Source: Acidimicrobiales bacterium (GTDB lineage Bacteria > Actinomycetota > Acidimicrobiia > Acidimicrobiales > Aldehydirespiratoraceae). Taken from it: 64,000 nt of DNA. Each line of letters opens with the position of its first letter. Position 1 is the first letter of the stretch. The translations under genes were made by a program, and so were the position numbers. The stretch is taken from NCBI GenBank assembly GCA_965117015.1, contig OZ220747.1:2708247-2772246 (forward strand), read 5' to 3'. Positions 41,965-50,705 of the stretch are shown here, piece after piece. Under the pieces are notes generated by a model. The model was not told the origin of the DNA, made no database searches, and worked only from the letters and a program-made list of their open reading frames with translations.

Positions 41965-42351
41965 CTAGCCCGGGGGCGGCAGCAGGGCGTAGGGGACCAC
42001 GGTCACCGGTCCGGCGTCGATGCGGGCTCGGGCCTCGACCGTGCCGTAGTCGGCGAACTCGAGCTCGGCCCGGACCAGCCGGTAGTTGAACTTCCCCGGC
42101 TCCACCTGCAGCGGCTGCACGTTGCGGGCTATCCGCTCCTCGCCCCGGTAATAGGCCACCTCGAGGGCCCCGACGCCGGGCTCGTCGGGCGCGCAGCGAA
42201 CGATCACCACCAAGTGGGGGGCCCACACCAGTGGCAGCTCGGTGGGGGCGACCGCCGAGAACTGCACGCCGGTCAGGTCGATGCGGGTGGAGGGTCCCGG
42301 CACCTGGCGGAGCTGGATGTCGTCGATGAACAAGGCGGCCACGATGTCCAT
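41965..42351 (-). CDS. hypothetical protein
   Basis: 128 aa with beta-rich protein-like composition. No family recognised. Confidence 0.5.
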   Translation of the reverse strand: MDIVAALFIDDIQLRQVPGPSTRIDLTGVQFSAVAPTELPLVWAPHLVVIVRCAPDEPGVGALEVAYYRGEERIARNVQPLQVEPGKFNYRLVRAELEFADYGTVEARARIDAGPVTVVPYALLPPPG

Positions 42352-42416
42352 GCGCCGACCCTACCGAGTGCCTGCCGCGGTCGGGCAGCCCGGCCCGGAG
42401 CGGCGGGCGGCGTACG

Positions 42417-44060
42417 ATGGCGAGGATGCGCCGGATCCTTGTCTCGATCCTGCTGGCCGCGCTGGCGACCACCGCGGTCGGGTCGTATGTCCAGGCGCGG
42501 CGCATCAACGCCGACTCCGATCCGGGTTGGGTCGCCGACGCCGGCCCGCCGGAGATGGTCGTGTCCACACCGCTGCTGAACGTTCGCCGGACGCCGTCGT
42601 GGCTGTCGGGTCCGGTCACCGAGGCTCGCCTGTTCGAGCGACTCTCCGGCGTGGCTGAGCTGCCCAGCGCTCCGCCGCAGACGTGCCGGGCCGTCTACCG
42701 CAACGGTGAGCTCGTCATGAGCGAGCAGGCCGAGGTGCCGCTGGTGCCGTCCTCGCTGATGAAGATCGTCACCGCGGCCGTGATCCTCGAGACCGCTGGA
42801 CCCGAGGCCACCTTCACCACCGAGGCCTTCGTGCGCACCGCGGACCTCAGCGCGGCCGCCAGCGGCGTGCTCACCGGCGACGTCTATCTGGTTGGACGGG
42901 GCGACCCCGTACTGTCGACGCTCTCCTACATAAGGCGCTTCCCCGAGCCCATGGTCCACACCGACTTCACGGACCTGGCCGTGCAGGCCGCGGCCAGCCT
43001 GCGCGATCGGGGTATCTCTGTGGTGGAGGGCAGCGTCCTCGCCGACGAGTCGCGCTTCCCCGAAGCGGAGCGGGACTACTCCGGCCAGATCGTCCAACCC
43101 GGCAACCAGCCCATCTGGAAGCAGTCCTACGTCAACAGCAACCAAGTCGGTCCCCTGTCCGCGCTGCTGCTCAACGACGGGTACGTGTCCTTCCCTGCGT
43201 CGGCCGACTACGCCAGCCGGCGAGAGAACGTGCGGGCTGCCGACCCCGCGCTCCACGCTGCGGAGGTCCTGGACGGATTGATCGAGGCCCGCGGCATCCG
43301 CATCGCGGCGCAGGCCAGCAAGGGCACCGCCCCGCCGCTCTCTGAGCTTCACTCGCTCGGCAGCGTCGAGTCGCCGCCCATGTCCGAGATAGTGGCCCGG
43401 ATGCTGCGCTACTCGGACAACACCACCGCCGAGATGCTCCTGAAGGACATTGGAAGACGCTTCTCGGGCTCGGCGCGCGCCGAGGCGGTGACCGACGTCC
43501 ACGACGTGCTGGAGCGACTGCTGGGCGTCTCGACCGCCGGGATCGTCATCGCCGACGGCTCGGGACTCTCGCAGCAGAATCGGCTGACCTGCGACCTGAT
43601 CGCCGAGCTGCTGCTGCGCGCCGGCCCCGACTCGCCCCTGGTGAGAGGTCTGGCCGTGGTGGGGGAGAGCGGCACCCTGCGGGACTGCGAGGCAGAGCAG
43701 CCCTCCGATGAGGCCGTCGCCGACTCATCCGGCCTGACCGGCGGTGCTGTGGACCAACCGGTGTGGGCTAAGACCGGGACCCTCAACGACGTCTCGGCGC
43801 TGGCGGGGGTGACCGTGGCCCGCAACGGCGACGTGCTCACGTTCGCGCTGATCTCCAACCGCGACGGCCTCATCTTCGATCCCGCTTGGCAGCGTCAAGC
43901 CCTCTCCTGCAACGCCTTTCAGGAAGACCTCATCGCGGCTGCGGCCGGCCACCCGTACGGACCGTCCTCGGCCGACGCGCTGCTCCATCCGCAACCGGCG
44001 AGGGCGCCGGTAGTCGACACGGGCACCGACACCGACACCGGCACCGACACCGGCCAATAG
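42417..44060 (+). CDS. dacB: D-alanyl-D-alanine carboxypeptidase/endopeptidase (PBP4, peptidase S13)
   Basis: SxxK (SSLMK), SxN (YSDNT) and KTG (AKTGTL) motifs, an N-terminal signal anchor and a C-terminal (TD/TG) repeat tail. Confidence 0.85.
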   Translation: MARMRRILVSILLAALATTAVGSYVQARRINADSDPGWVADAGPPEMVVSTPLLNVRRTPSWLSGPVTEARLFERLSGVAELPSAPPQTCRAVYRNGELVMSEQAEVPLVPSSLMKIVTAAVILETAGPEATFTTEAFVRTADLSAAASGVLTGDVYLVGRGDPVLSTLSYIRRFPEPMVHTDFTDLAVQAAASLRDRGISVVEGSVLADESRFPEAERDYSGQIVQPGNQPIWKQSYVNSNQVGPLSALLLNDGYVSFPASADYASRRENVRAADPALHAAEVLDGLIEARGIRIAAQASKGTAPPLSELHSLGSVESPPMSEIVARMLRYSDNTTAEMLLKDIGRRFSGSARAEAVTDVHDVLERLLGVSTAGIVIADGSGLSQQNRLTCDLIAELLLRAGPDSPLVRGLAVVGESGTLRDCEAEQPSDEAVADSSGLTGGAVDQPVWAKTGTLNDVSALAGVTVARNGDVLTFALISNRDGLIFDPAWQRQALSCNAFQEDLIAAAAGHPYGPSSADALLHPQPARAPVVDTGTDTDTGTDTGQ

Positions 44061-44074
44061 GAGCGAGGGCCACC

Positions 44075-44722
44075 GTGGCTACGCCGATGTTCGCGCTCCA
44101 GTCGGTGCTGCTCCCCGGATCGCCGCTGCCGCTGCACGTCTTCGAGCCTCGCTACGTGGCCATGCTCGACACCGTCATCTCGACGGATGCCGAAATGGGG
44201 GTCGTGCTGATCGAGCGGGGCCGTGAGGTCGGGGGCGGAGATGTGCGGTGCCATGTGGCCACCATGGCCCGCGTCGTGGAGGCCCGGGAGTTGGCCGACG
44301 GCCGGCTGCTGGTGATGGCGCTCGGAGTCCGCCGCATCCGGGTGCGGCGGTGGCTGCCCGACGATCCGTACCCCTGCGCCGAGACCGAGGACTGGCCCGA
44401 TGAGCCCGAAGGTGAGTCGCCGCCGTCCGGTGAGCAGCTGCGGCAGTTGGGCGCACTCGTCTCGGAGGCGCGCAGCCTGGCCCGGCGTCTCGAGATCGCA
44501 CCCGGGCCGCAGCATCCGGCCGCCGAAGCAGTTCCCGTAGATGTGGGCCGCGACGTTTCCCAGGCCTCCTACCGGGCCGCCGCTCTCGCTCCACTCGGTC
44601 CATTCGACCGCTACGAGGTGCTCGGCACGCCGGGCGCCGGCCAGCGGCTCGCCGTCGCGCACCGTGTCGTGGCCGACGCCGTCGAGCTGTTGAGAGCTCG
44701 GATCGAGCTGGGCACCGGGTAG
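44075..44722 (+). CDS. LON N-terminal (substrate-binding) domain protein
   Basis: FALQSVLLPGSPLPLHVFEPRY pattern. Start is the GTG at 44075 or the ATG at 44087. The upstream part of tracked ORF 43886..44722 overlaps dacB. Confidence 0.75.
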   Translation: MATPMFALQSVLLPGSPLPLHVFEPRYVAMLDTVISTDAEMGVVLIERGREVGGGDVRCHVATMARVVEARELADGRLLVMALGVRRIRVRRWLPDDPYPCAETEDWPDEPEGESPPSGEQLRQLGALVSEARSLARRLEIAPGPQHPAAEAVPVDVGRDVSQASYRAAALAPLGPFDRYEVLGTPGAGQRLAVAHRVVADAVELLRARIELGTG

Positions 44723-44727
44723 CGTGA

Positions 44728-44820
44728 GGGTCTGAGTGGCCCGTGAGCGAAGCGAACAAGAGCGGGCAACCAACAGGGTCTGAGTGGCCCGTGAGCGAAG
44801 CGAACAGGAGCGGGCAACCA
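44728..44820. repeat. 48-nt tandem repeat (about 1.9 copies) of a dispersed intergenic element
   Basis: GGGTCTGAGTGGCCCGTGAGCGAAGCGAACAAGAGCGGGCAACCAACA at 44728-44775, repeated from 44776 with one mismatch. A 30-nt core recurs inverted at 57851-57880. Confidence 0.9.
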
Positions 44821-44848
44821 GCTCGCTGAAGGGCCGGAGGGACCAGGT

Positions 44849-45148
44849 TTGGCACGCAGGCAGGGCGTCGCAGAAGTCGTGGACCTGATCAAGGCCTACG
44901 TGCGCCAAGAGTTGCTCGGCCCGCTGCGGGGAGCCGGGCGATGGGTGTCGATGGGTCTCGCCGGGAGCGTCGCGCTGGTCGTGGGTGTGATCCTGCTGCT
45001 GCTCTCGCTGCTGCGGGCCCTTCAGACCGAGACGCGAGGCGCCTTCGACGGGAACTGGTCGTGGATTCCCTACCTGATCGCGATCGGAGCGCTCGCCGCG
45101 GTCATCGCCCTGCTGCTGCGCCAGGTCGGCAAGCGAGGCCTCCGGTGA
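44849..45148 (+). CDS. small two-TM membrane protein (resembles proteins annotated as actinobacterial holin-X / phage holin family)
   Basis: 99 aa with a TTG start and two hydrophobic helices. The family assignment is from memory of the general pattern only. Confidence 0.5.
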   Translation: MARRQGVAEVVDLIKAYVRQELLGPLRGAGRWVSMGLAGSVALVVGVILLLLSLLRALQTETRGAFDGNWSWIPYLIAIGALAAVIALLLRQVGKRGLR

Positions 45149-45357
45149 CCGCGGAATCGGACCGGATCACCCGCGATTCGCTGGAGGAAGCCCTGCGCGA
45201 CCTTCAAGCCGACATCGACCAGGACACCCAGCCGGTTCTCGTCAAGGTCGCGTACGGAGCGGCCGCGGCCGCCAGCGTGTTGATCGGCCTCGCCTACCTG
45301 CTCGGGAGAAGGGCCGGCCGGCTTCGCAGGACTGTCGTAGAGGTGAGGCGGGTCTGA
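45145..45357 (+). CDS. small membrane-anchored hypothetical protein
   Basis: The GTG at 45145 overlaps the upstream stop (GTGA). 70 aa: an acidic helix followed by one TM. Confidence 0.45.
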   Translation: MTAESDRITRDSLEEALRDLQADIDQDTQPVLVKVAYGAAAAASVLIGLAYLLGRRAGRLRRTVVEVRRV

Positions 45358-45360
45358 GCG

Positions 45361-45588
45361 ATGGGCCTGGTCGGCGGCAAGGCAGCCGGAGCCTGGATCA
45401 CACGCCAGGCCGTGCGACGCGGCCTGCTCGGCAGCTCCCGGCTGTGGTTCGCGGCATTCGTCGCCCAGGGCGCGTTCAAGCTGGCGCGCCGGGCGATCGG
45501 ACCCCGCGAGCCCACGACAGTCTTGGAGGAACGGCTCGAGCCGGGTGCCGGCATCGAGATCCGGCACCTGAACAGAGACCGCGGCTGA
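45361..45588 (+). CDS. small hypothetical protein
   Basis: ATG lies 3 nt after the previous stop. 75 aa. Confidence 0.4.
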   Translation: MGLVGGKAAGAWITRQAVRRGLLGSSRLWFAAFVAQGAFKLARRAIGPREPTTVLEERLEPGAGIEIRHLNRDRG

Positions 45589-45617
45589 GCCGCGATAGGC
45601 CGAGCCAGGCTGCTCCG

Positions 45618-45818
45618 ATGCGAGTCGTGCTGCGCAACCCGACCAGGGAGATCGACGTCGAGGGTCCGATGACAGTGCACGCCCTGCTGCAACGCCTGGA
45701 GCTGAACCGGGAGTCTCATCTGGTGATATGCGACGGCGAGCTGGTCGCGGGCGACCGCACGCTCCCGGCAGGGGCCGAGGTGGAGATCCGCAGCGTCATT
45801 TCGGGCGGGTCGCGGTGA
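45618..45818 (+). CDS. ttuB: ThiS/MoaD-family ubiquitin-like sulfur carrier (TtuB-like) with GG followed by Ser-Arg
   Basis: 66 aa, MRVVLRN...[28 protein letters not shown]. The ThiS pattern ends in xVxGG and here carries a 2-residue extension. ATG at 45618 within tracked ORF 45444..45818. Confidence 0.7.
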   Translation: MRVVLRNPTREIDVEGPMTVHALLQRLELNRESHLVICDGELVAGDRTLPAGAEVEIRSVISGGSR

Positions 45819-45853
45819 AGCGCCGGGTGGCGACGAGGGCGGCGTCGCGGTGA
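45815..45853 (+). other. 12-codon mini-ORF whose GTG overlaps the ttuB stop and whose TGA overlaps the ttuA GTG
   Basis: GTGA at 45815-45818 and again at 45850-45853. It arises from a 21-nt duplication (20/21 identical), 45809-45829 versus 45844-45864. Confidence 0.4.
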
Positions 45854-46788
45854 AGTGCCGGGTGTGCCGCGGCCCGGCGGTGATCGACATCCGGCGTCAC
45901 AACGCCAACTTCTGCCGGGAGCACTTCCTGCGGCTGTGCCGCGACCAGGTGGAGAAGGCCATCCGGCGCTTCGGGATGCTGCGGCCCGGCGAGCGGGTGC
46001 TGGTGGCCGTGTCGGGGGGCAAGGACAGCCTGGCGCTATGGGACATCCTCGTGGATTTGGGCTACGCCGCGGACGGCTTCTACCTGGGCCTGGGCATCGG
46101 CGACTACAGCGACGAGTCCGCCGGATACGCCCACCGCTACGCGGAGAGCCGTAACCTCACCCTCCACACCGTCGACCTGCCGGCAGCCCACGGTTTCGAC
46201 ATTCCCGGCGGCGCCCGGGCGGCCAAGCGGGCACCCTGTTCAGCCTGCGGTCTGTCCAAGCGGCATCTCTTCGACGAGGCAACCCGTCGCGGCGGCTACG
46301 ACGCCCTCGCCACGGGCCACAACCTCGACGACGAGGCGGCGGTGCTGATGGGCAACACGCTCAGGTGGCAGACCGAATACCTGGGCCGGCAACTGCCCGT
46401 GCTGGAGGCCCGAGACGGCTTTCCCCGCAAGATCAAGCCCCTAGTGAGACTCACCGAGCGCGAGACCGCGGCCTACTGCATCCTGAGGGGCATCGACTAC
46501 ATCGTCGAGGAGTGCCCCATGGCGGTCGGCAACAAGCACCTCGCCTACAAGGCCGCCCTCAACGACATCGAGGTGCAGTCGCCCGGAGCCAAGCACGACT
46601 TCTATTTCGGCTTCCTTGAGAGGGCCTCCGAGCGCTTCCGGGTTGAGGTGGAACAGGATCGGGCCTCCCTGGCCGCGTGCGAGCGGTGCGGGTCGCCCAC
46701 CGATGCCGGCGTGTGCGCCTTCTGCCGCCTGACCGAGCGGGCGACCACAAGAGCCCCGGTTCACTTCTCCGACCGCGGCCTCCCATGA
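45850..46788 (+). CDS. ttuA: TtuA/TtcA-family tRNA 2-thiolation PP-loop ATPase
   Basis: N-terminal CxxC...CxxH finger (CRVCRG...CREH), PP-loop SGGKDS, Fe-S Cys pair CSACG and C-terminal CERCG...CAFC finger. Confidence 0.8.
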   Translation: MKCRVCRGPAVIDIRRHNANFCREHFLRLCRDQVEKAIRRFGMLRPGERVLVAVSGGKDSLALWDILVDLGYAADGFYLGLGIGDYSDESAGYAHRYAESRNLTLHTVDLPAAHGFDIPGGARAAKRAPCSACGLSKRHLFDEATRRGGYDALATGHNLDDEAAVLMGNTLRWQTEYLGRQLPVLEARDGFPRKIKPLVRLTERETAAYCILRGIDYIVEECPMAVGNKHLAYKAALNDIEVQSPGAKHDFYFGFLERASERFRVEVEQDRASLAACERCGSPTDAGVCAFCRLTERATTRAPVHFSDRGLP

Positions 46789-47564
46789 CCGCCGGGGCGT
46801 TCGAGGCGGGCGAGCCGGTGCTGCTGATCGACCGCAAGAGCCGCCGCTACCTGGTCGACCTGGCCGCCGGTCGGGAGTTCCACACCCACACCGGCGTGAT
46901 CGCCCATGACGACATCATCGGCGCGCCCGAGGGCGCCAGGTTGAAGTCCTCACGCGGTTCTGCCTTCCTGGCCGTGCGGCCCACGCTGGCCGACGCGGTG
47001 CTCAAGATGCCCCGGGGGGCGCAGGTGGTGTATCCGAAGGACACGGGGGCGATCCTCGTGCTGGCCGACATCTTTCCGGGCGCCAGGGTGCTGGAGGCCG
47101 GGGTCGGCTCAGGAGCGTTGTCGATGTCGCTGCTGCGGGCAGGCGCGGTCGTACACGGGTACGAGCGGCGAGAGGATTTCTTGGCCCGGGCCCAGGCCAA
47201 CGTCGAGCGCTTCTGCGGCCCGGGGGCGCTGGAGCGCTACCGCACGGAGATTCGAGACGTCTACGAGGGCATCGACGAGACCGGCCTCGACCGGATGGTG
47301 CTGGACTTGCCGGAGCCGTGGCAGGTCGTGCCCCACGCGGAGGGGGCGCTGCGCACAGGCGGCATCCTGTTGGCCTACACGCCGAGCATCGTGCAGGTCC
47401 AGAGGCTGCGCCGGGCACTGGACGACTCGCCGTTCGATCTGCACGACACCGTCGAAGTCCTGCATCGGGGCTGGCATGTCGAGGGCGACGCGGTGCGTCC
47501 CGACCATCGCATGGTGGCCCACACCGGCTTCCTGACGGTGAGCCGGCTTACAGCTCCCCAGTGA
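46785..47564 (+). CDS. trmI: tRNA (adenine58-N1)-methyltransferase TrmI
   Basis: The ATG overlaps the ttuA stop (ATGA). VYPKD, and the LEAGVGSGALS SAM motif. Homologous in pattern and position to mycobacterial TrmI, which lies near mpa. Confidence 0.85.
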   Translation: MTAGAFEAGEPVLLIDRKSRRYLVDLAAGREFHTHTGVIAHDDIIGAPEGARLKSSRGSAFLAVRPTLADAVLKMPRGAQVVYPKDTGAILVLADIFPGARVLEAGVGSGALSMSLLRAGAVVHGYERREDFLARAQANVERFCGPGALERYRTEIRDVYEGIDETGLDRMVLDLPEPWQVVPHAEGALRTGGILLAYTPSIVQVQRLRRALDDSPFDLHDTVEVLHRGWHVEGDAVRPDHRMVAHTGFLTVSRLTAPQ

Positions 47565-48421
47565 GACGGCTGGCACGGTGGCGCACCGTGGCGGCGGCCA
47601 TCGCGGTGATCTTGGCGGGAGCGGGTGTGGCGGTGGCCACCGATGCGATCCGGGATGCCTGGACGGACTCCGGGCCGGACGGGCTCGTGTCGACTCCGGC
47701 CGTATCCGACTCCGTTCCCGATCCCGTTCCCACCTCCACCCGTCCACCGCTGGACGACCCGCCCGATCCGGGTCCGGTGCCCGACGATCACGGCTTCTCG
47801 GAGGCGGACCTGGCCGCGGCGGTGGCTTCGTCGGTCCGGGTGGCGGCGCCGGCATGCCGGGGGATCGTGCGCGAGGGCAGCGGCTTCGGGGTGGGGGACG
47901 GTGATCTCGTCGTGACCATCGCGCACCTGGTGGTCGGGATGGAGGAGCCCGAGGTGGAGCTGGCGGACGGCCGCAAGCTGGCCGCGGTGACGGTGGCCTT
48001 CGATCCCGACAACGACCTGGCCGTGCTGCGGGTGCCGGGCGCGGGCCTGCGCCCCCTACCCCTCAGCGAGGCCGCGCCCGACGGGACGCTGGGAGCGCTG
48101 CTGGCCTGGGAAGCGGAGGGCGAGCCCGACCCGACGCCGTTCCGCATCGATCGGCCGGTGACGGTGAGAACCGAGCCGGTGGGCGGGGGCGACCGCATCG
48201 AGCGGCCCTCGTGGCTCCTGGCCGCCGACACCGAGGTGGGCGACTCCGGTGCCGCTCTGGTGGCCTCGCTGGACGGCCGGATCACTGCGGTGGGCGTCGC
48301 CTGGGGCGCCTCCCGCCGCGGGGGAGGCGGGGTGGCCTACGCCACCAGGGCCGGCGCGGTGGAGACGCTTCTTGACTCGTCCGATCTGTTCCAGCCGGCG
48401 GTGCTCCCCGAATGCGGCTGA
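47561..48421 (+). CDS. membrane-anchored trypsin-like serine protease (S1 family)
   Basis: The GTG overlaps the trmI stop (GTGA). N-terminal TM, a Pro/Asp-rich linker, and a His (TIAHLV), Asp (DNDLAVL), Ser (GDSGAAL) triad. Confidence 0.75.
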   Translation: MRRLARWRTVAAAIAVILAGAGVAVATDAIRDAWTDSGPDGLVSTPAVSDSVPDPVPTSTRPPLDDPPDPGPVPDDHGFSEADLAAAVASSVRVAAPACRGIVREGSGFGVGDGDLVVTIAHLVVGMEEPEVELADGRKLAAVTVAFDPDNDLAVLRVPGAGLRPLPLSEAAPDGTLGALLAWEAEGEPDPTPFRIDRPVTVRTEPVGGGDRIERPSWLLAADTEVGDSGAALVASLDGRITAVGVAWGASRRGGGGVAYATRAGAVETLLDSSDLFQPAVLPECG

Positions 48422-48434
48422 GCCGCTGGGCCGC

Positions 48435-48668
48435 TCACACCTCGATGAAGATGCACTCCCCGGGGCATTCCTCGGCCGACTCGATCACGGCCTCTTCCTG
48501 GCCGTCGGGCACTGCGGCCAGACCGTCCGGCCCGCCCGGATCGGCGAAGACATTGCCGTCTTCCACTACATACGCGAGCCCGTCGTCGAGGAGGGTGAAG
48601 ACATCGGGGGCGATCTCCTCGCACAACCCGTCGCCCGTGCACAAGTCCTGATCAATCCAGACCTTCAT
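48435..48668 (-). CDS. ferredoxin (single-cluster, actinobacterial type)
   Basis: 77 aa. CTGDGLC...CPGEC cluster ligands. Confidence 0.85.
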   Translation of the reverse strand: MKVWIDQDLCTGDGLCEEIAPDVFTLLDDGLAYVVEDGNVFADPGGPDGLAAVPDGQEEAVIESAEECPGECIFIEV

Positions 48669-48932
48669 GTCGGTAGCGGTACCTCTCTTCAGTGGGGCTC
48701 TCTACGTAGGGGCAGGCCCGACTCGGTCGGAGCAGCCCGCCTCGGACCGCTCTTCATCGCAGCATAGCGGCTGCTGGGTCTAAACGTTGCCAAGAGGCCT
48801 CGGCCATTGCCAACATCGCGGCGACGGGTACCCCATATGGCGCCGAGACAGCGATGATTTCACGATCCGGCGCCCGTGCGGTCTAGGGTGTCGTCCTACC
48901 CGCAATCCACCAAGCCGCGTAGGAGGTGAGCC

Positions 48933-50687
48933 GTGAGCGAGGCCGGCACCGGCGATTCAGCTAGAGACCTGGACCGTCTGCGCCAGCTTGTGTCCGAGCT
49001 CGAGGGCGAGGTTGCCTCGCTGCGGCGGCGCCTGCACGACGCCCCCAAGCGGGTGCGGATGCTCGAGGAGCGCCTGGCCGACACCAAGGGCCGTCTCACC
49101 CAGGCCGTCTCCCAGAACGAGCGGCTCACGACCATGCTCCGAGACGCACGCGAGCACATCGGCTCGCTGCGCGAGGAGGTCGAGAAGCTCACCCAGCCGC
49201 CCAGCGGCTACGGCACCGTGCTCGGGTGCAACGACGACGGCACCGTGGACGTGCGGGCCGGGGGCCGCAAGATGCGGGTCGCGGTCCATCCCGAGCTCGC
49301 CGACGACCTCAAGGCCGGCGAGGAGGTCGCTCTCAACGAGTCGTTCAGCGTGGTGCTGGCCCGACGGCCGGATCGCACCGGGGAGGTCGCCACCGTCAAG
49401 GAGCTGCTGCCGGGGGGCGACCGGGCCGTGGTGTTGGGCCGCGCCGACGAGGAGCGGGTCGTCGAGCTCAGCGCCGTGGTCTCGACCGGGCCGGTCCGCA
49501 GCGGCGACAACGTGCTCATCGACTCCTCGGGCGACCTGGTCATCGAGCGGCTGCCCCGCCCCGAGGTGGAGGATCTCATCCTGGAGGAGGTGCCCGACAC
49601 CTGCTACGAAGATGTCGGCGGCCTCGACGCCCAGATCGAGCAGATCACCGACGCGGTGGAGCTGCCGTTCGTGCACCACACCCTGTTCGCCGAGTACGAC
49701 CTGCCCGCGCCCAAAGGCGTGCTGCTCTACGGCCCGCCCGGCTGCGGCAAGACCCTCATCGCCAAGGCGGTGGCCAACAGCCTGGCCAGCAAGGTGTCGG
49801 AGCTGTCGGGCGATGCCCGGGCTCGCAGTTTCTTCCTGAACATCAAGGGTCCCGAGCTGCTCAACAAGTACGTGGGCGAGACCGAGCGGCAGATCCGCCT
49901 GGTGTTCCAGCGAGCTCGGGAGAAGAGCGAGCAGGGCTGGCCCGTCATCGTCTTCTTCGACGAGATGGAGTCGCTGTTCCGCACACGGGGCTCGGGGATC
50001 AGCTCCGACATCGAGTCGACCATCGTCCCCCAGCTCCTGGCCGAGATCGACGGCGTGGAAGCTCTGCGCAACGTCATCGTGATCGGAGCGTCCAACCGCG
50101 AGGACCTGATCGACCCGGCCATCCTTCGTCCTGGTCGCCTCGACGTGAAGATCAAGATCGAGCGGCCCGACGCCGAGGCGGCCGCGTCCATCTTCGCCCG
50201 CTACCTGATCCCGAGCCTGCCCATCGCGGCCGAGATGGTCGACACCGTCGGCGGTGGCGACGCCGACAAGGCGGTGCGGGGCATGATCGAGCAGACCGTC
50301 GAGGACATGTACCGGCCCGCCGACCCCAACCGGTTCCTGGAGGTCACCTACCAGAACGGCGACAAGGAAGTCATGTACTACCGGGACTTCGCCTCGGGGG
50401 CGATGATCGAGAACGTGGTCAGGCGGGCCAAGAAGCTGGCCATCAAGAGGGAGATCGCCGGCGGGACCCGCGGCATCATGACCGGCGACCTGCTCGCCTC
50501 GGTGCGCCAGGAGTTCAAGGAGCACGAGGACCTGCCCAACACCACCAACCCCGACGACTGGGCCCGGATATCGGGAAAGAAGGGCGAGCGCATCGTGTTC
50601 GTGCGCACCCTCGTGTCCAGCGACGAAGAGGACATCGCCTCCGGCGGCCGTTCCATCGAGAGGGTGCAGACCGGCCAGTACCTCTAG
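48933..50687 (+). CDS. arc: proteasome-associated AAA ATPase ARC/Mpa
   Basis: GTG after AGGAGG. N-terminal coiled coil, Walker A GPPGCGKT and the C-terminal ...QTGQYL proteasome-docking tail. Confidence 0.95.
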   Translation: MSEAGTGDSARDLDRLRQLVSELEGEVASLRRRLHDAPKRVRMLEERLADTKGRLTQAVSQNERLTTMLRDAREHIGSLREEVEKLTQPPSGYGTVLGCNDDGTVDVRAGGRKMRVAVHPELADDLKAGEEVALNESFSVVLARRPDRTGEVATVKELLPGGDRAVVLGRADEERVVELSAVVSTGPVRSGDNVLIDSSGDLVIERLPRPEVEDLILEEVPDTCYEDVGGLDAQIEQITDAVELPFVHHTLFAEYDLPAPKGVLLYGPPGCGKTLIAKAVANSLASKVSELSGDARARSFFLNIKGPELLNKYVGETERQIRLVFQRAREKSEQGWPVIVFFDEMESLFRTRGSGISSDIESTIVPQLLAEIDGVEALRNVIVIGASNREDLIDPAILRPGRLDVKIKIERPDAEAAASIFARYLIPSLPIAAEMVDTVGGGDADKAVRGMIEQTVEDMYRPADPNRFLEVTYQNGDKEVMYYRDFASGAMIENVVRRAKKLAIKREIAGGTRGIMTGDLLASVRQEFKEHEDLPNTTNPDDWARISGKKGERIVFVRTLVSSDEEDIASGGRSIERVQTGQYL

Positions 50688-50705
50688 GAGCGGGACGGGG
50701 CCTGC

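Noticed and set aside
48661-48932. Possible PafBC/RecA-NDp-type promoter motif (TGTCGGT...) and the TTGCCAA-N14-TTGCCAA direct repeat upstream of arc/mpa
   Set aside because: The TGTCGGTAG segment is not followed by a TAnnnT hexamer at the expected spacing. The TTGCCAA repeat is short enough to occur by chance. I could not support either as a site without a genome-wide motif model.
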